Assembly (NCBI RefSeq): GCF_023055435.1
Contig: NW_025963779.1
Span: forward strand, 1,736,001 to 1,800,000
DNA: 64,000 nucleotides
Direction of reading: 5' to 3'
From: Haliotis rufescens
Lineage: Eukaryota
This document shows positions 1-31,593 of this stretch, one piece after another. Both the position numbers and the translations under genes were made by a program. Position 1 is the stretch's first letter, and every line of letters starts with the position of its first letter. Under the pieces are notes generated by a model. It was given only the letters and a program-made list of their open reading frames with translations. It did no database searches and was not told where the DNA came from.

Positions 1-186
1 CATAACACCAATATTTACAATGGCCCGGTCGCAGTGTCGACACACGGAGGTTTATTAACATACATGTTAAATACGCCAACTCCTTCCATCAACATATATA
101 CACTTCCACAATATACCATTAAGTACCGAACTGTTGCCCGACACGTAAACCAGAGATAAAAAAAAAAACATTTAAGAGATAATTGC

Positions 187-3100
187 ACAGAGATACGACA
201 CCACACATTACTGCACCCTTCACTGACAGGATCGACAGAGATACTATACCACACGTCACTGCACCCTTCCTTGATTGGATCGACAGAGAAACTATATCAC
301 GTCACTGATTGGATCGGCAGGGATACTATCCCACACGTCACTGCACCCTTCCTTGATTGGATCGACAGAGATAATATACCACACATTACTGCACCCTTCA
401 TTGATTGGATGGACAGATATACTATACCACACGTCACCGAATTGATCGACAGAGCTATACCACAGGTCAATGCAACCTCCACCGATTGGATCGACAGAGA
501 TACTATACCACACGTCACTGAATGGATCGACAGTGATACTGTACCACACTCCACTGACCCTTCATTGATTTGATCGACAGAGAGCTATACTACATATAAC
601 TGCATCCTCCACTGATTGGATCGACAGAGATAATATACCACACGTTACTACACCCTTCACTGATTGGATCGACAGAGATACTATATCACGTCACTGATTG
701 GATCGACAGTGATACTATACCACACGTCACTGCACCCTTCATTTATTTGGATCGACAGAGATACTATACCACGTCACTGCACCCTTCACTGACTGGATCG
801 ACAGAGATACTATAACACGTCACTGATTGGATCGACAGAGATACTATCCCACACGTCACTGCACCCTTCACTGATTGGATCGATAGAGATACTATAACAC
901 GTCACTGATTGGATCGACAGAGATACTATCCCACACGTCACTGCACCCTTCACTGATTGGATCGATAGCGCTACTATATCACACGTCACTGAATGGATCG
1001 ACAGAGATACTATACCACACGTTACTGCACCCTTCACTGATTGGATCGACAGAGATACTATACCACACGTCACTGCATCCTTCATGGATTGGATCGATAG
1101 AGATACTATACCACACGTCGCTGCACCCTTCACTGATTGGATCGACAGAGATACTATACCACACGTCACTGAATGGATCGATACTGATACTGTACCACAC
1201 TCCACTGACCCTTCATTGATTGGATCGACAGAGAGCTATACCACATATCACTGCATCCTCCACTAATTGGATCGACAGAGATAATATACCACACGTTACT
1301 ACCCCCTTGACTGATTGGATCGACAGAGATACTATACCACACGTTACTACACCCTTCATTGATTATTGACTGGAGCGACAGAGAAACTAAATCACACGCC
1401 ACTGATTGGATCGACAGAGATACTATACAACACGTCACTGCACCCTTCACTGACTGGATCGACAGAGATACTATACCACACGTTACTACACCCTTCATTG
1501 ATTGGATCGACGGAGATCACACGTCACTGATTGGATCGACAGAGATACTATACCACACGTCACTGCACCCTTCACTGACTGGATCGACAGAGATACTATA
1601 CCACACGTCACTGCACCCTTCACTGATTGGATCGACAGAGATACTTTATCACACGACACTGAATGGATCGACAGAGAGCTATACCACATATCACTGCCCC
1701 CTCCACTGATTGGATCGACAGAGATACTAAGCCACACGTTACTACACCCTTGACTGATTGGATCGACAGAGATACTATACCACACGTCACTGCACCCTTC
1801 ATTGATTGGATCGACAGAGATAATATACCACACGTTACTACACCCTTCACTGATTGGATCGACAGAGATCACACGTCACTGATTGGATCGACAGAGATAC
1901 TATACCACACGTCACTGCACCCATCATTGATTGGATCGACAGAGATAATATACCACACGTTACTACACCCTTCACTGATTGGATCGACGGAGATCACACG
2001 TCACTGATTGGATCGACAGAGATACTATACAACACGTCACTGCACCCTTCACTGACTGGATCGACAGAGATACTATACCACACGTTACTACACCCTTCAT
2101 TGATTGGATCGACGGAGATCACACGTCACTGATTGGATCGACAGAGATACTATACCACACGTCACTGCACCCTTCACTGACTGGATCGACAGAGATACTA
2201 TCCTACACGTCACTGCACCCACCACTGATTGGATCGACAGATATACTTTATCACACGCCACTGAATGGATCGACAGAGATACTATATCACACGTCACTGA
2301 ATGAATTGACAGAGAGCTATACCACATATCACTGCATCCTCCACTGATTGGATCGACAGAGATACTATCCCACACGTCACTGCACCCTTCATTGATTGGA
2401 TCGACAGAGATACTATACCACACGTCGCTGCAAGCTTTACTGATTGGATCGACAGAGATACTATACCACACGTCACTGAATGGATCGACAGTGATACTGT
2501 ACCACACTCCACTGACCCTTCATTGATTGGATCGACAGAGATACTATACCACACGTCACTGAATGGATCGACAGTGACACTGTACCACACTCCACTGACC
2601 CTTCATTGATTGGATCGACAGAGATAATATACCACACGTTACTACACCCTTCACTGATTGGATCGACAGAGATACTATACCACACGTTACTACACCCTTC
2701 ATTGATTATTGACTGGAGCGACAGAGAAACTATATCACACGCCACTGATTGGATCGACAGAGATACTATACCACACGTTACTACACCCTTCATTGATTGG
2801 ATCGACGGAGAGCACACGACACTGAATGGATCGACAGAGAGCTATACCACATATCACTGCATCCTCCACTGATTGGATCGACAGAGATAATATACCACAC
2901 GTTACTACACCCTTGACTGATTGGATCGACAGAGATACTATACCACACGTCACTGCACCCTTCATTGATTGGATCGACAGAGATAATATACCACACGTTA
3001 CTACACCCTTCGCTGATTGGATCGACAGAGATCACACGTCACTGATTGGATCGACAGAGATACTATACCACACGTCACTGCACCCATCATTGATTGGATC

Positions 3101-4448
3101 GACAGAGATAATATACCACACGTTACTACACCCTTCACTGATTGGATCGACAGAGATACTATACCACACGTCACTGAATGGATCGACAGTGATACTGTAC
3201 CACACTCCACTGACCCTTCATTGATTGGATCGACAGAGATACTATACCACACGTCACTGAATGGATCGACAGTGATACTGTACCACACTCCACTGACCCT
3301 TCATTGATTGGATCGACAGAGATACTATACCACACGTCACTGAATGGATCGACAGTGATACTGTACCACACTCCACTGACCCTTCATTGATTGGATCGAC
3401 AGAGATAATATACCACACGTTACTACACCCTTCGTTGATTATTGACTGGAGCGACAGAGAAACTATATCACACGCCACTGATTGGATCGACAGAGATACT
3501 ATACCACACGTTACTACACCCTTCATTGATTGGATCGACGGAGAGCACACGTCACTGAATGGATCGACAGTGATACTGTACCACACTCCACTGACCCTTC
3601 ATTGATTGGAACGACAGAGATACTATACCACACGTCACTGAATGGATCGACAGTGATACTGTACCACACTCCACTGACCCTTCATTGATTGGATCGACAG
3701 AGATAATATACCACACGTTACTACACCCTTCACTGATTGGATCGACAGAGATACTATACCACACGTTACTACACCCTTCATTGATTATTGACTAGAGCGA
3801 CAGAGAAACTATATCACACGCCACTGATTGGATCGACAGAGATACTATACCACACGTTACTACACCCTTCATTGATTGGATCGACGGAGAGCACACGTCA
3901 CTGATTGGATCGACAGAGATACTATACCACACGTCACTGCACCCTTCACTGACTGGATCGACAGAGATACTATCCCACACGTTACTACACCCTTCACTGA
4001 TTGGATCGACAGAGAAACTATATCAAGTCACTGATTGGATCGACAGAGATACTATCCCACACGTCACTGCACCCTTCATTGATTGGATCGACAGAGATAC
4101 TATACCACACGTCACTGCACCCTTCATTGATTGGATCGACAGAGAAACTATATCAAGTCACTGATTGGATCGGCAGGGATACTATACCACACGTCACAGC
4201 ACCCTTCATTGATTGGATCGACAGAGATACTATACCACACGTCACTGAATGGATCGGCAGGGGTACTATACCACACGTCACTGCACCCTTCATTGATTGG
4301 ATCGACAGAGAAACTGTATCACGTCACTGATTGGATCGGCAGGGATACTATACCACACGTCACTGCACCCTTCATTGATTGGATCGACAGAGATACTATT
4401 TAATGTCACTGATTGGATGGGCAGAGATGCTATTTCATGTCACTGAAT
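187..4448. repeat. Complex minisatellite: 48-bp basic monomer (ctgattggatcgacagagatactataccacacgtcactgcacccttca) plus 47/36/34/29-bp deletion variants arranged in higher-order blocks
   Basis: The gattggatcgacagaga core recurs throughout (roughly 90-100 monomers). The many overlapping repetitive ORFs on both strands are by-products of the repeat. Confidence 0.95.
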
Positions 4449-4803
4449 CAGCCTTCTCTCGGGGATGGATGTAACACAAGCTTTGCTCTGTAATCAATCT
4501 GTGACCTGATTCACTCTTGTAATGACCGCGATGAATAATGTAGGTCCATGGCAGTGTTTGGTGCCGGCAGTATCGTGGATGAAACGGATTTGAGGTTTGT
4601 GTCACTACTAATTTGTACTAATGAACACCAAAACGATCAAAGTCATGTATTATTTAGAAAAAAAACCCAGCTTATTAACAACCTATAAACACTGGAAATA
4701 CAATATTAAGGAGAGCGAACTATGAAGGTGGCACTTTACCAAAAGTGTGTATTCTTGCAGGTTATGTTGCACAATACCTCCGTAAGTCTTGACAAGTATC
4801 GGA

Positions 4804-4980
4804 AGACAATCAGACAATCCAGTGATTGACATCATGAGCATCGATCCACGCAATTGGGATACAATGACATGCATCAACCAAGTCAGCGAACCTGACCACC
4901 CGATCCCGATAGTCGGCTCTTACGACATGCATAGTCGCCTCTTATGGCAAGCATATGTTGCTGCTGGCCTATTCTACCCC
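4804..4980 (-). mobile_element. Non-tRNA short retroposon ('GACCCGTGAAGATCC' family), partial copy
   Basis: Reverse complement matches the copies at 33893 and 63669. Carries two copies of the atgcttgtcgtaagaggcgact module. Confidence 0.85.
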
Positions 4981-5191
4981 TAAATGTGATAGGACTTGCT
5001 GAACGTTTCATTACAAGCTCTGTATTACTGAATATTCAGAGATGGTGTGCCATTTTACGCCGGAGCCATCAATAGTCCAGCCGCGGCCTGTAAATAATCA
5101 AGTCGACTCTTACCACAAGCATGGTTGCATTCAGGTCATTTCTATCCCTGAATGTCCGCGGTCGGCTTACAGCCGAGAATTCTAACGTACG

Positions 5192-5407
5192 CTTGTTTTT
5201 GTTTGTTTGTTATTTAACACCGCACTCAGCAATATTCCAGCTATATTGAGATCATGAGCAACGATCCACGCAATTGGAATAGGGTGACATGCATCAACCA
5301 AGTCAGAGAGCCTGACCACCCGATCCCATTAGTCGCCTCTTACGACAAGCATAGTCGCCTCTTACGACAAGCACAGTCGCCTTTCAGGGCAAGAATGGGG
5401 TTCTGAA
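5192..5407 (-). mobile_element. Same retroposon family, internally deleted copy with three head modules and (AAAC)n tail
   Basis: ttgtttgtttgttatttaacaccgcactcagcaatattccagctat is the tail in reverse; agtcgcctcttacgacaagca occurs about three times. Confidence 0.85.
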
Positions 5408-5464
5408 TCAGAAGCGCTCGTATCGTAAATTCTCAAACATCATCAATATACAACATCTTGTGTT

Positions 5465-5920
5465 TCAAAGTCAAGCGGAGGATATTGGAATGAAGTTCGT
5501 CCGACCGTCCGTCCGGTTCACACAGGGGATAAATTTTCTCAAAAACTGTTTGTCAGAGAAATGAAATTTTACACACTGATGTTTTGGATCATGATCTCAA
5601 ATGAGTTCGAAATGTGGTGTCATAAATTCATTTTTTACAGAATTATGGCCCTTGCTCCGTGCTTTTCAACTTCGTACATTCTGCGTAAAAACTAAAGTCA
5701 CATGAATAAAAGTTTGCAAGCTTATCTAAAAGATACTTGTCAAGACTGAGTTCGAAAATTGGTCCTTTAAATTATTTGTTAACAGAGTTACGGCCCTTGA
5801 CCCACGTTATATTACTTGGTGCAAAGTGTGTGCATTGAACTGGGACAAGTTTTCTCAGACACTACTGAAGTTAACTATCTAAGGGACACTTATCAAGACT
5901 GAGTTATTTTTGCTAGAGAA
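5465..5920. mobile_element. Possible Helitron/Helentron-derived non-autonomous (HINE-like) fragment
   Basis: (gtcc)n microsatellite near the start, followed by loosely repeated cores (gagttcgaaa...ttatggcccttg). The layout is typical of mollusc HINEs, but no boundaries were confirmed. Confidence 0.4.
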
Positions 5921-6030
5921 GGAACCTTATGTGTGTATTAATTTCACATTTCATCATTTTTTCTGATGGCATAAGGCGACCTAAGTGCCTATCTCTTCTT
6001 AGGCTTTATTTGACATTTTTATATAGTATA

Positions 6031-7474
6031 TATACTGAACAACAAAAGTTCCTGTGACATTGAATAAGATTTAATGCAAAGATATGTTTTTTACCAAATC
6101 TGAAACAATTTCGGTTTGCAACAGATGAAAGACTCATGCAAGTGTTCAAATGGTTTAATTTGCCATACTGACTTCAGAAAATGCATGATTTCATAAAAAA
6201 AAACCATGAACATGCCAAAATGTCAATTTACAAATCAACAGCGTGTGTCCACCTCTGGTTGCGATGCAAGCAACACATCTTCGTCTCATGGAATGGACCA
6301 GGTGTCGCACAAAGTCCTTTGGGATATCTGTCCATATCTGAGGGAGCATGTTTCGAAGTTCCTGGAGTGTCTGTGGAACACGTGGTTGACGTTGAAGGCG
6401 CCGATCCATCTCATCCCACATGTGCTCGATTGGTGAGAGATCAGGGGAGTGTGCCGGCCAGGGAATGACATTAACGTTGTTATGTTGAAGGGAATCCTGA
6501 ACAAGTCGAGCAATATTAGGCCTGCGCTATGACGACGCAAAAACGGTAGAACAACAGGGCCGATGATCTTGTCGTGGTAGCGCTGTCAATGAGATTTCCC
6601 TCTACCACTATCAAACGGGTCCTCTGTCTTGCTGTAATCCCACCCCATACCACAACGCTGCCGCCCCCGAACCGATCTTCTTCCATGACACAATGATTGA
6701 CGTAACGTTCACCTCGACGTCGGTACACTCGAATCCGTCCATCGCTGTGGCTGAGGTGAAAACGAGACTCGTCAGTGAATATAACTTGTCCCCACTGCAC
6801 GGCCGACCAGCGTAGACGCTGTCTGCACCAATGTAGACGTGCTTGATGGTGGTTTCCTGTCAAAATGGGACGTCTGGCGGGTCTTCTGGCGACAAACCCT
6901 GCCTATCTGAGGCGACGACGTACGGTTTGTGAAGATATTTGTCGAAGGCCAAGGATGCTTCTTGCAGTCACTGTTGCTGGCTGGAATCAATTTCGTAGGT
7001 TTGTTGTTCGAATCCAGTTGTCTTGTCGATTATTGGTTACGTATGGCCTGCCACTCCGATGATGGTCTCTGACTGCATTCGTCTGTTGCCAACGTTGCCA
7101 TTAACACCAAATGGTGTTTCTGTGGACGTTAAACTGTCTTGCAACATCACGTTGACTCGGATTTTCGGACAGGCGTGGCATTTCGTAATGTAGAATAATT
7201 GCGTAATGTTGTTGTTTTTCTGAGTGGTTGTCAGCACGATGCTAAACAATGCATATGGAATCACGTTAACACACGTTTTTATATCCATTCTTGGGTAGTG
7301 AAGTGCATGGGCTTGCATAAAAGTCAACTTTTGCATGGAATGCATGCTTTTCTGTAACAGTTGCGTTTTTGTGACTTGATTCCATACATGTACTACAATA
7401 TTGAAAACCAAACTTTACTTGTTTGAAAAAAACACTAAAATATTGGTGTCACAGGAAATTTGTTGTTGGGTATA
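6031..7474 (-). mobile_element. Tc1/mariner (Tc1-family) DNA transposon, decayed
   Basis: Imperfect TIRs: tatactgaacaacaaaagttcctgtgaca (6031) versus the reverse complement of tgtcacaggaaatttgttgttgggtata (7447-7474). TA ends; encloses transposase fragments. Confidence 0.9.
6234..7181 (-). pseudogene. Tc1 transposase pseudogene
   Basis: Starts MPRLSE (ATG at 7181). Motifs W..VIFTDESRF, GGGSVVVWGGI, WPAHSPDLSPIEHMWDEM and CIATRGGHT are spread over several frames. The QDNARPH segment is missing. Confidence 0.9.
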
Positions 7475-7664
7475 TTTACCACTATGTGAACAAACAAAAT
7501 TCTAATGTGCCTCATGGTGATATAGTGATATGGCTGTTTTCTTCTCGTTGGTTGGATAGGGGTAGATTGACAAAACCGTCAGTATCTCCACACCTTGCCA
7601 GTAATTTCCCTTTATGCTGGATATATATGTTCTTTGTAAAACAAGGGAGATAGTTCTATGAATA

Positions 7665-7815
7665 TATCATTCGTGACCCACTTGTGTTGTTCCGGGACAA
7701 GCCGAATAGTGACTTGCGTCCCTCTCGTGGCCATTTTTTTCAACTGGGTTCCGCCTAACTAACAGAATTGTCAATTCATTGCGTAAGGATTCACATATAT
7801 CTCTGCAGTGATATA
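7665..7815 (+). repeat. Dispersed repeat fragment (second copy at ~13605-13770)
   Basis: ttccgggacaagccgaatag(t/c)gact...ggccattttt...gggttccg is shared between the two loci. Confidence 0.75.
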
Positions 7816-7915
7816 CAAGATGTATTGTGAAGTATTAGGCCAAAATAATATTAATATTAAGTTGATTCTGCACCATTCAATTTACAATATTTCGATTCAG
7901 GATACATTTCCTGTT

Positions 7916-8067
7916 GTGAGTGAGCGAGTCTAATTTCACTCTGCTTTTAGCAATATTCCAGCAATATCACAGCAGTGGACCCCAGAAATGGACTTTGTAC
8001 TCATATAGGAATTCGAACCCCAGTCTTCATGAGTGGATGCTTCAAGCACTAGGCTACCCCACAGCCC
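7916..8067 (-). mobile_element. Short tRNA-headed SINE (family A), diverged
   Basis: Reverse complement gives gggctgtggggtagcctagtg...gggttcgaattcc...gctggaatattgctaaaagc...(actc)n, matching the copies at 17803, 27203 and 63314. Confidence 0.8.
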
Positions 8068-8217
8068 ATTTAAGTTGTAGATTTAACATTCATAAATTCT
8101 TCCTCAATAGGTGCTTGAAGTGGCTTGACAATATCATATGAATAAAAACGTCAGCATCTGCAGTTTAATATTAACAAACAGATGTACAGTTGCAACCTGT
8201 TCTCTCAAACCAAGCAG

Positions 8218-8386
8218 GACCGCCTCCCTGGTCTAGTGGTAGAGCGTCTGCCTGGATAGCGGAAGGTCCTGGGTTCGATCCCCGGCCGCGTGATACCAAA
8301 AGACATTAAAAACTGGTAATTGTTGTGACCTTGTCTGGCGTTCGGCATTAAAGGGCTAAAACAAGGACTGGAGTCAGTATACTGTG
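8218..8386 (+). mobile_element. tRNA-headed SINE (family B), 3'-truncated
   Basis: A box tggtctagtgg, B box gggttcgatcccc, then an ataccaaaagac...cggcattaaaggg body. A full copy lies at 56240-56605. Confidence 0.85.
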
Positions 8387-8938
8387 TGGACATTTAAGAT
8401 AACCTGGCATGAACATTATAGACTAAGGTGGTCGACGTATCGGTACTTTTGAGATAATGGGGTCAAGAAAACAAGGTTTTACTGATTATATATATACATC
8501 TGTTCAAAAAGTCTACTGTGGGCCATCCTCTGTTATCCAGGGAATCTCCATTCATGGATCAATGTGATCCAATTATCTCTTAGGGTAAGAATTAAGCTTG
8601 AAAGATTATTGTAAAAAGTTGGCATCCACAGTCTTGATTTCACAAACCCTAATCACATGTTTTTGATACAATAATTAAAATCCAAAGTAAAAATCGCGAA
8701 CATGAAACTGCATGAATAAATTAAACATAGTTAAAAATAGTTGAATGACATGTAAATCTTCAGATGTAATGGCACTATTATTAATATAATATTTCTCAAA
8801 TATTGGAAAATATTCTTTAAACATGATCTTTCTCTGCCTTCTTGAAAAGACCTGATGCTGCAAAATTGCAAAATGAGCTTTGGTGAGAAACATGTTGAAA
8901 ATACAAAATTATGACTGTAGCTATGTCTTGCAATATGA

Positions 8939-10045
8939 TTAGTTTCTCGATTTCAAGTACAGATCCACATCACAAAGGACATTTTGCATCTCTCTGAACC
9001 TGGCCGTGTCACAAGCTTTGTCCACCGGCAACCATTTATAGTCTGTGTGCTCTTCTGACAAGGTCACAGGGTCATCTGGCTTTTTCAACTCAGCAAGCCA
9101 GTACACAACTTTTTTGGGCTTCCCTCGTACATCATAGTTTAATGTTTTCTGATAGTCTTCATAAATGTTCATTTGATCCTTTGCTAATCCTGCTTCCTCT
9201 GCTGTTTCTCGTAAGGCAGTTTCAAATTCTCCCTCTCCTGGGTCAACATGACCTGCAATTGCATCCATATAATTTAAAAAAAGGTTATCTCAACAGAAAT
9301 GATGACAGCACATAACACTGTCTCAGGATCAGGCTGGCTACCAACTTGGGAGCAGAAGCTAAATCGACACCTCCGTTGTACATAAAATGCCACTCACAGC
9401 TTTAAACATGAATTTTCATTGTCTAATACAGATACAGATAATTTGATCCCAACTCGATTACAGCTGGCCATTGAGTGATCATTCAAACATGTAGAAAAAT
9501 TACCTGCTATTTCTGTTTTTTTGCTAAACAAACGTTCTTACTTGTGGTTAAAACACTAGCACTTAAATTTAAGATCATGTGTTACTTTGTCTTTCAGCCT
9601 TTGCCACATGCTTGATGGCTTCCTCTTGAACCAACATAGAAAAAGATTACAGTATGTTTCCCCACATTCTATTTAAGGGTAGAAGGGTATATCTAGGTAC
9701 TATAACTTACATGGAGTGTTTTCTCCTATGCAAATTAACGTAGTCTTACCTCAATTTAATTTTTCCGTCACAATCTCAGTTCAACCCAAATAAAAGAGGT
9801 GAACGTGAGCATTGATAACGGCGGAATATGTTATTCATAACTAACCACTGAAATGAGAATATATAACATAGATTTCTACATAATACATCATAACAACTTC
9901 TTATAACGTTTGTCATCCGGTAGGCACCTTTAGGCGGTGTCCAGTGTCTGCTTCCATAAGATGCTTTCAGTAGTAAATATTGCACTTGATTTTCAAAACG
10001 TCTAAATATGATCAACCCCGCTGCAACAACAACATTAGATGTCAT
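8939..10045 (-). CDS. NUDT2: Bis(5'-nucleosyl)-tetraphosphatase [asymmetrical] (Ap4A hydrolase, Nudix), 143 aa, 2 coding exons
   Basis: Exons 10045-9928 and 9252-8939 with a phase-1 GT-AG intron. They join to [46 protein letters not shown] (Nudix box)..KPKKVVYWLAEL..LSEEHTDYKW, all characteristic of NUDT2. Confidence 0.95.
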
Positions 10046-10600
10046 GTTCCCTATGCGCCCCGAACCGCAGCAACAGTTACTGATGTAAGAGCAGGTAAGT
10101 CAAAGCGACAACCTAAAACTTCGAACATTGCGGTTCATTGGTGTAAATCTAAACCAATAACATTCGTCGCTGCACGGAGCTTTCAGTGACGCACCTGACA
10201 TTTTCGTACAAAATGATAACATGTAGTGAAGTTTGTATTTCATTTTAAAAAAAATAATATGTTGTTTCATTTGCAACTAATTAATAATTATAAAGATTTT
10301 TTTAAATTGAGACAAAGTACTAAGTGTTGCTATAATATTGAAGATAATGCAAATTGTATTGTTAATATTTAAGATGAATGTTATTAGTCGTTGCGATACT
10401 AACATAAATGCAATAACAATTAATTATTTGTATTGTTTTTAGAATCATTTGGCGCATATCGTGTATTGGTTTGATGATTTCTCAGAATGAATGTCAAGTT
10501 TTGAATATAACCGTGGTTTCTATTAACATCTCACTAATACGTTATCACCATCGGCGCGGATTTCAAAATGGCGGATAAAGTTGTAAACAAACTAACAGTC
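10046..10600. promoter_or_regulatory. Putative bidirectional promoter between NUDT2 and KIF24
   Basis: Divergent gene starts. Motif matches only: CCAAT boxes (~10137, 10153, 10466), E2F-type TTTGGCGC (10448-10455), CHR-like TTTCAAA (10561-10567), YY1-type AAAATGGCGG (10565-10574). Confidence 0.5.
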
Positions 10601-11429
10601 GCGGTATCAGGCTGCAATTTTAACTGTATTTTACGTCAGTGTGTTTTGGACATTAATAAAAGTTGGTGTAGCGTTCTTCTATGATGAATCGATGAGCCAT
10701 TCTAAGACGTTCTTGTTGAATCGTGAAGCAAAGTGCGTGATATTTCTGCCCAATCGGTGAAGGCAAAAATAACAAGCCTAAACATGTATATGGCAGTAGA
10801 TCACAACATACAGTTCGATCATTCATTGTGTATTGTTAACTTCCCGTGGAAGATGGCCGAGGAAACGTATGACACATAAGTTCCATAACATGTGTACCCA
10901 CAGAGATACACACAAAACCTAGAAAAAGGTGATTGTCCAAGCATTTCTAACTTCAGAATGTCAGTGCAGTCAATATTATTTTGAGCTTTTATAACCTAAT
11001 TAAACTTTGGCACCACTCCAGTTCTGTCCTTACTTCATGTACAGGAAGTTGTCTCGAATAATGTGTGTGTCATCCTTATTAATAACAACTGGCACTGAAG
11101 GCATGTTACAATGTTTATTTGTTTTCTTTTTCCCATGATCATTGATCACAGTAGCATATACAATTATTCAATGTATTATCCTGTATTGTCATGGTGCCAT
11201 ATAATATATGACTAGTACATGCACTAAGTAGTACTTACATGTTTCTTGTAAGTTACCAAGTGGTGTTTTTATACAAGGCACTATTCATTTGATGAAATAT
11301 AAAAATGACATGACATTTTAATATCTAGTTATTCTTGGATGTAAATAAATTAAGTGTGGGTAAAATTGGTCTGGACATCAAATTAAATACATTATTATTG
11401 TTTGCAGATTCCAGACTTTGAAGATCATA

Positions 11430-29949
<18,520 letters not shown>

Positions 29950-31593
29950 CTGTCTCCGCCTCTGACATGTCACACCTCCCATAGTCCCAGAGATAATGTG
30001 AACCTAAAAATTATGCAAGCGACCTCGGGACCTGTTCGACACGCTATGGTTGTGACGTTATTTTAAAAGAAAAAGAATTCCCCTAATCAAAGGGCTATGA
30101 GGACTGTGACCTCAGTAACTGGATTATCGTGATTGGTCAGTTTTAACCCAGTGTCCACAGTATCACAATCTCCTTCAATTCCGAACTGTTAACCTGATAC
30201 GATGCCTCTTTGGGTGTAGAAACGACATGAAGTATAAACTATCCCCAGTAATATACTGTGAATATGACACATTTTGCGATCAGGAAAGTGCATTAGCTTC
30301 ATGACAGATATTTTTGAAGATAAACAACAAACAAAAAAGGAACCAGGCATATTTCTTTATTCACTTCAACACACTGTCATCCTGCCAGTACAAGATTAAA
30401 CTAATAATCCGTCACATACGGTTTCCTTAATAACACATTGTCACTCAGTGTCAGTAGTCAAATGAGGAAAGTTCCCTAACCGTCCACATCTGGTCAAGTT
30501 GCTTACATATCACTGAGTAGTCCAGACATACACCAGCCTTATAAAACTATGGTCAGATAGACACGCTACTCCAACCTTCCTTGTCAGCTACAACAACACA
30601 TGCATCTATAGTTTAAAAAACACCAACTGACACTGAGTTACCATTTTATTACACTGCTTCCTACTTTATAAAAAATAACATGAAGAAGTAGCTTTGATGT
30701 TTTGTAATCTCATCATCAGGGTGTCGCAAAACTTTCCTGATGCAGTCAAGGCTATTGTTAGCCACTCGTTATCATTTCATAGCTCAAATCTTTCCAGATA
30801 CATTTACAGTAATGGCACAGTATTAGTTGTTCTTTTACAGACACAGGAATCAGCTATGTTGGTCTTGTAGCGAGACTTGCTGATCAGAAAGGCACATGAC
30901 ACGACCTATGGAGGTGGTTGCAAATTTTGACACAGAGAGATATCGTATCAGTGTAAAAGATCAAATTTTACAATGTTAGAGGTCCAACGAGGTCACGTTA
31001 GCGCACAGATGAAGTTGGAGAAGTCAGTTTAGTTTAAAGGAGGTAGAGACTGGGATATTACACACTCATACATCTGTCAATGAAGGATTCTCCCAACACA
31101 TTGAAACAATCTTACTTGGTGCTTCATTAACTGTGCCAAATTCATCTGATCTTGAGTTTGAATCTTGAGTTTGAATCCCAGATTCGCACTAATTCTTGGT
31201 TTGTTTTCGCCGTACCAGTGCATGTGGGTCTCACAGACTAGCATCACTTCAGGCTCTCCTTTTATAACTGAAATACTGTTGGAAGCAGCATTTAACCAAA
31301 CACACTCACTTAATTTGAACGCTCCATCCAACGCCTTCAAGTTCCTCATCCTTGTTCATCATCAACATCCAGTACATCATGCCAGTCTTCGTCTCCACCA
31401 ACCCCTCCATGTTGAACAAGTGTAACCATGGCAACACAGTTACTTGTCACCCTTCAGTATTAGAGATCTGTAGTTGTTTAGTGTCCTGCTGTTTACAAGT
31501 GCTTTCATCTGATGACGCCGTCTAGTATCCTCGGACTGTTATCTGCATGCTTGTCCTCTCGACGTGTTTATATGTCGAGGAATATTACCAGAT

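Noticed and set aside
271-4403. Many ORFs encoding DWIDRDTIPHVTAPF repeats
   Set aside because: Frames shift constantly because of the 47/34/29-bp units, and there is no splice or start context; these are repeat artefacts.
187-4448. CRISPR-like array (constant core with variable intervening sequence)
   Set aside because: The intervening segments are deletion variants of one monomer rather than unique spacers; there are no cas genes and the context is eukaryotic.
8218-8290. tRNA gene (also at 17803, 27203, 42250-42334, 56520-56605, 63314)
   Set aside because: A/B boxes run on into shared bodies and tails, several with TSDs; no clean cloverleaf or terminator was found. These are SINE heads.
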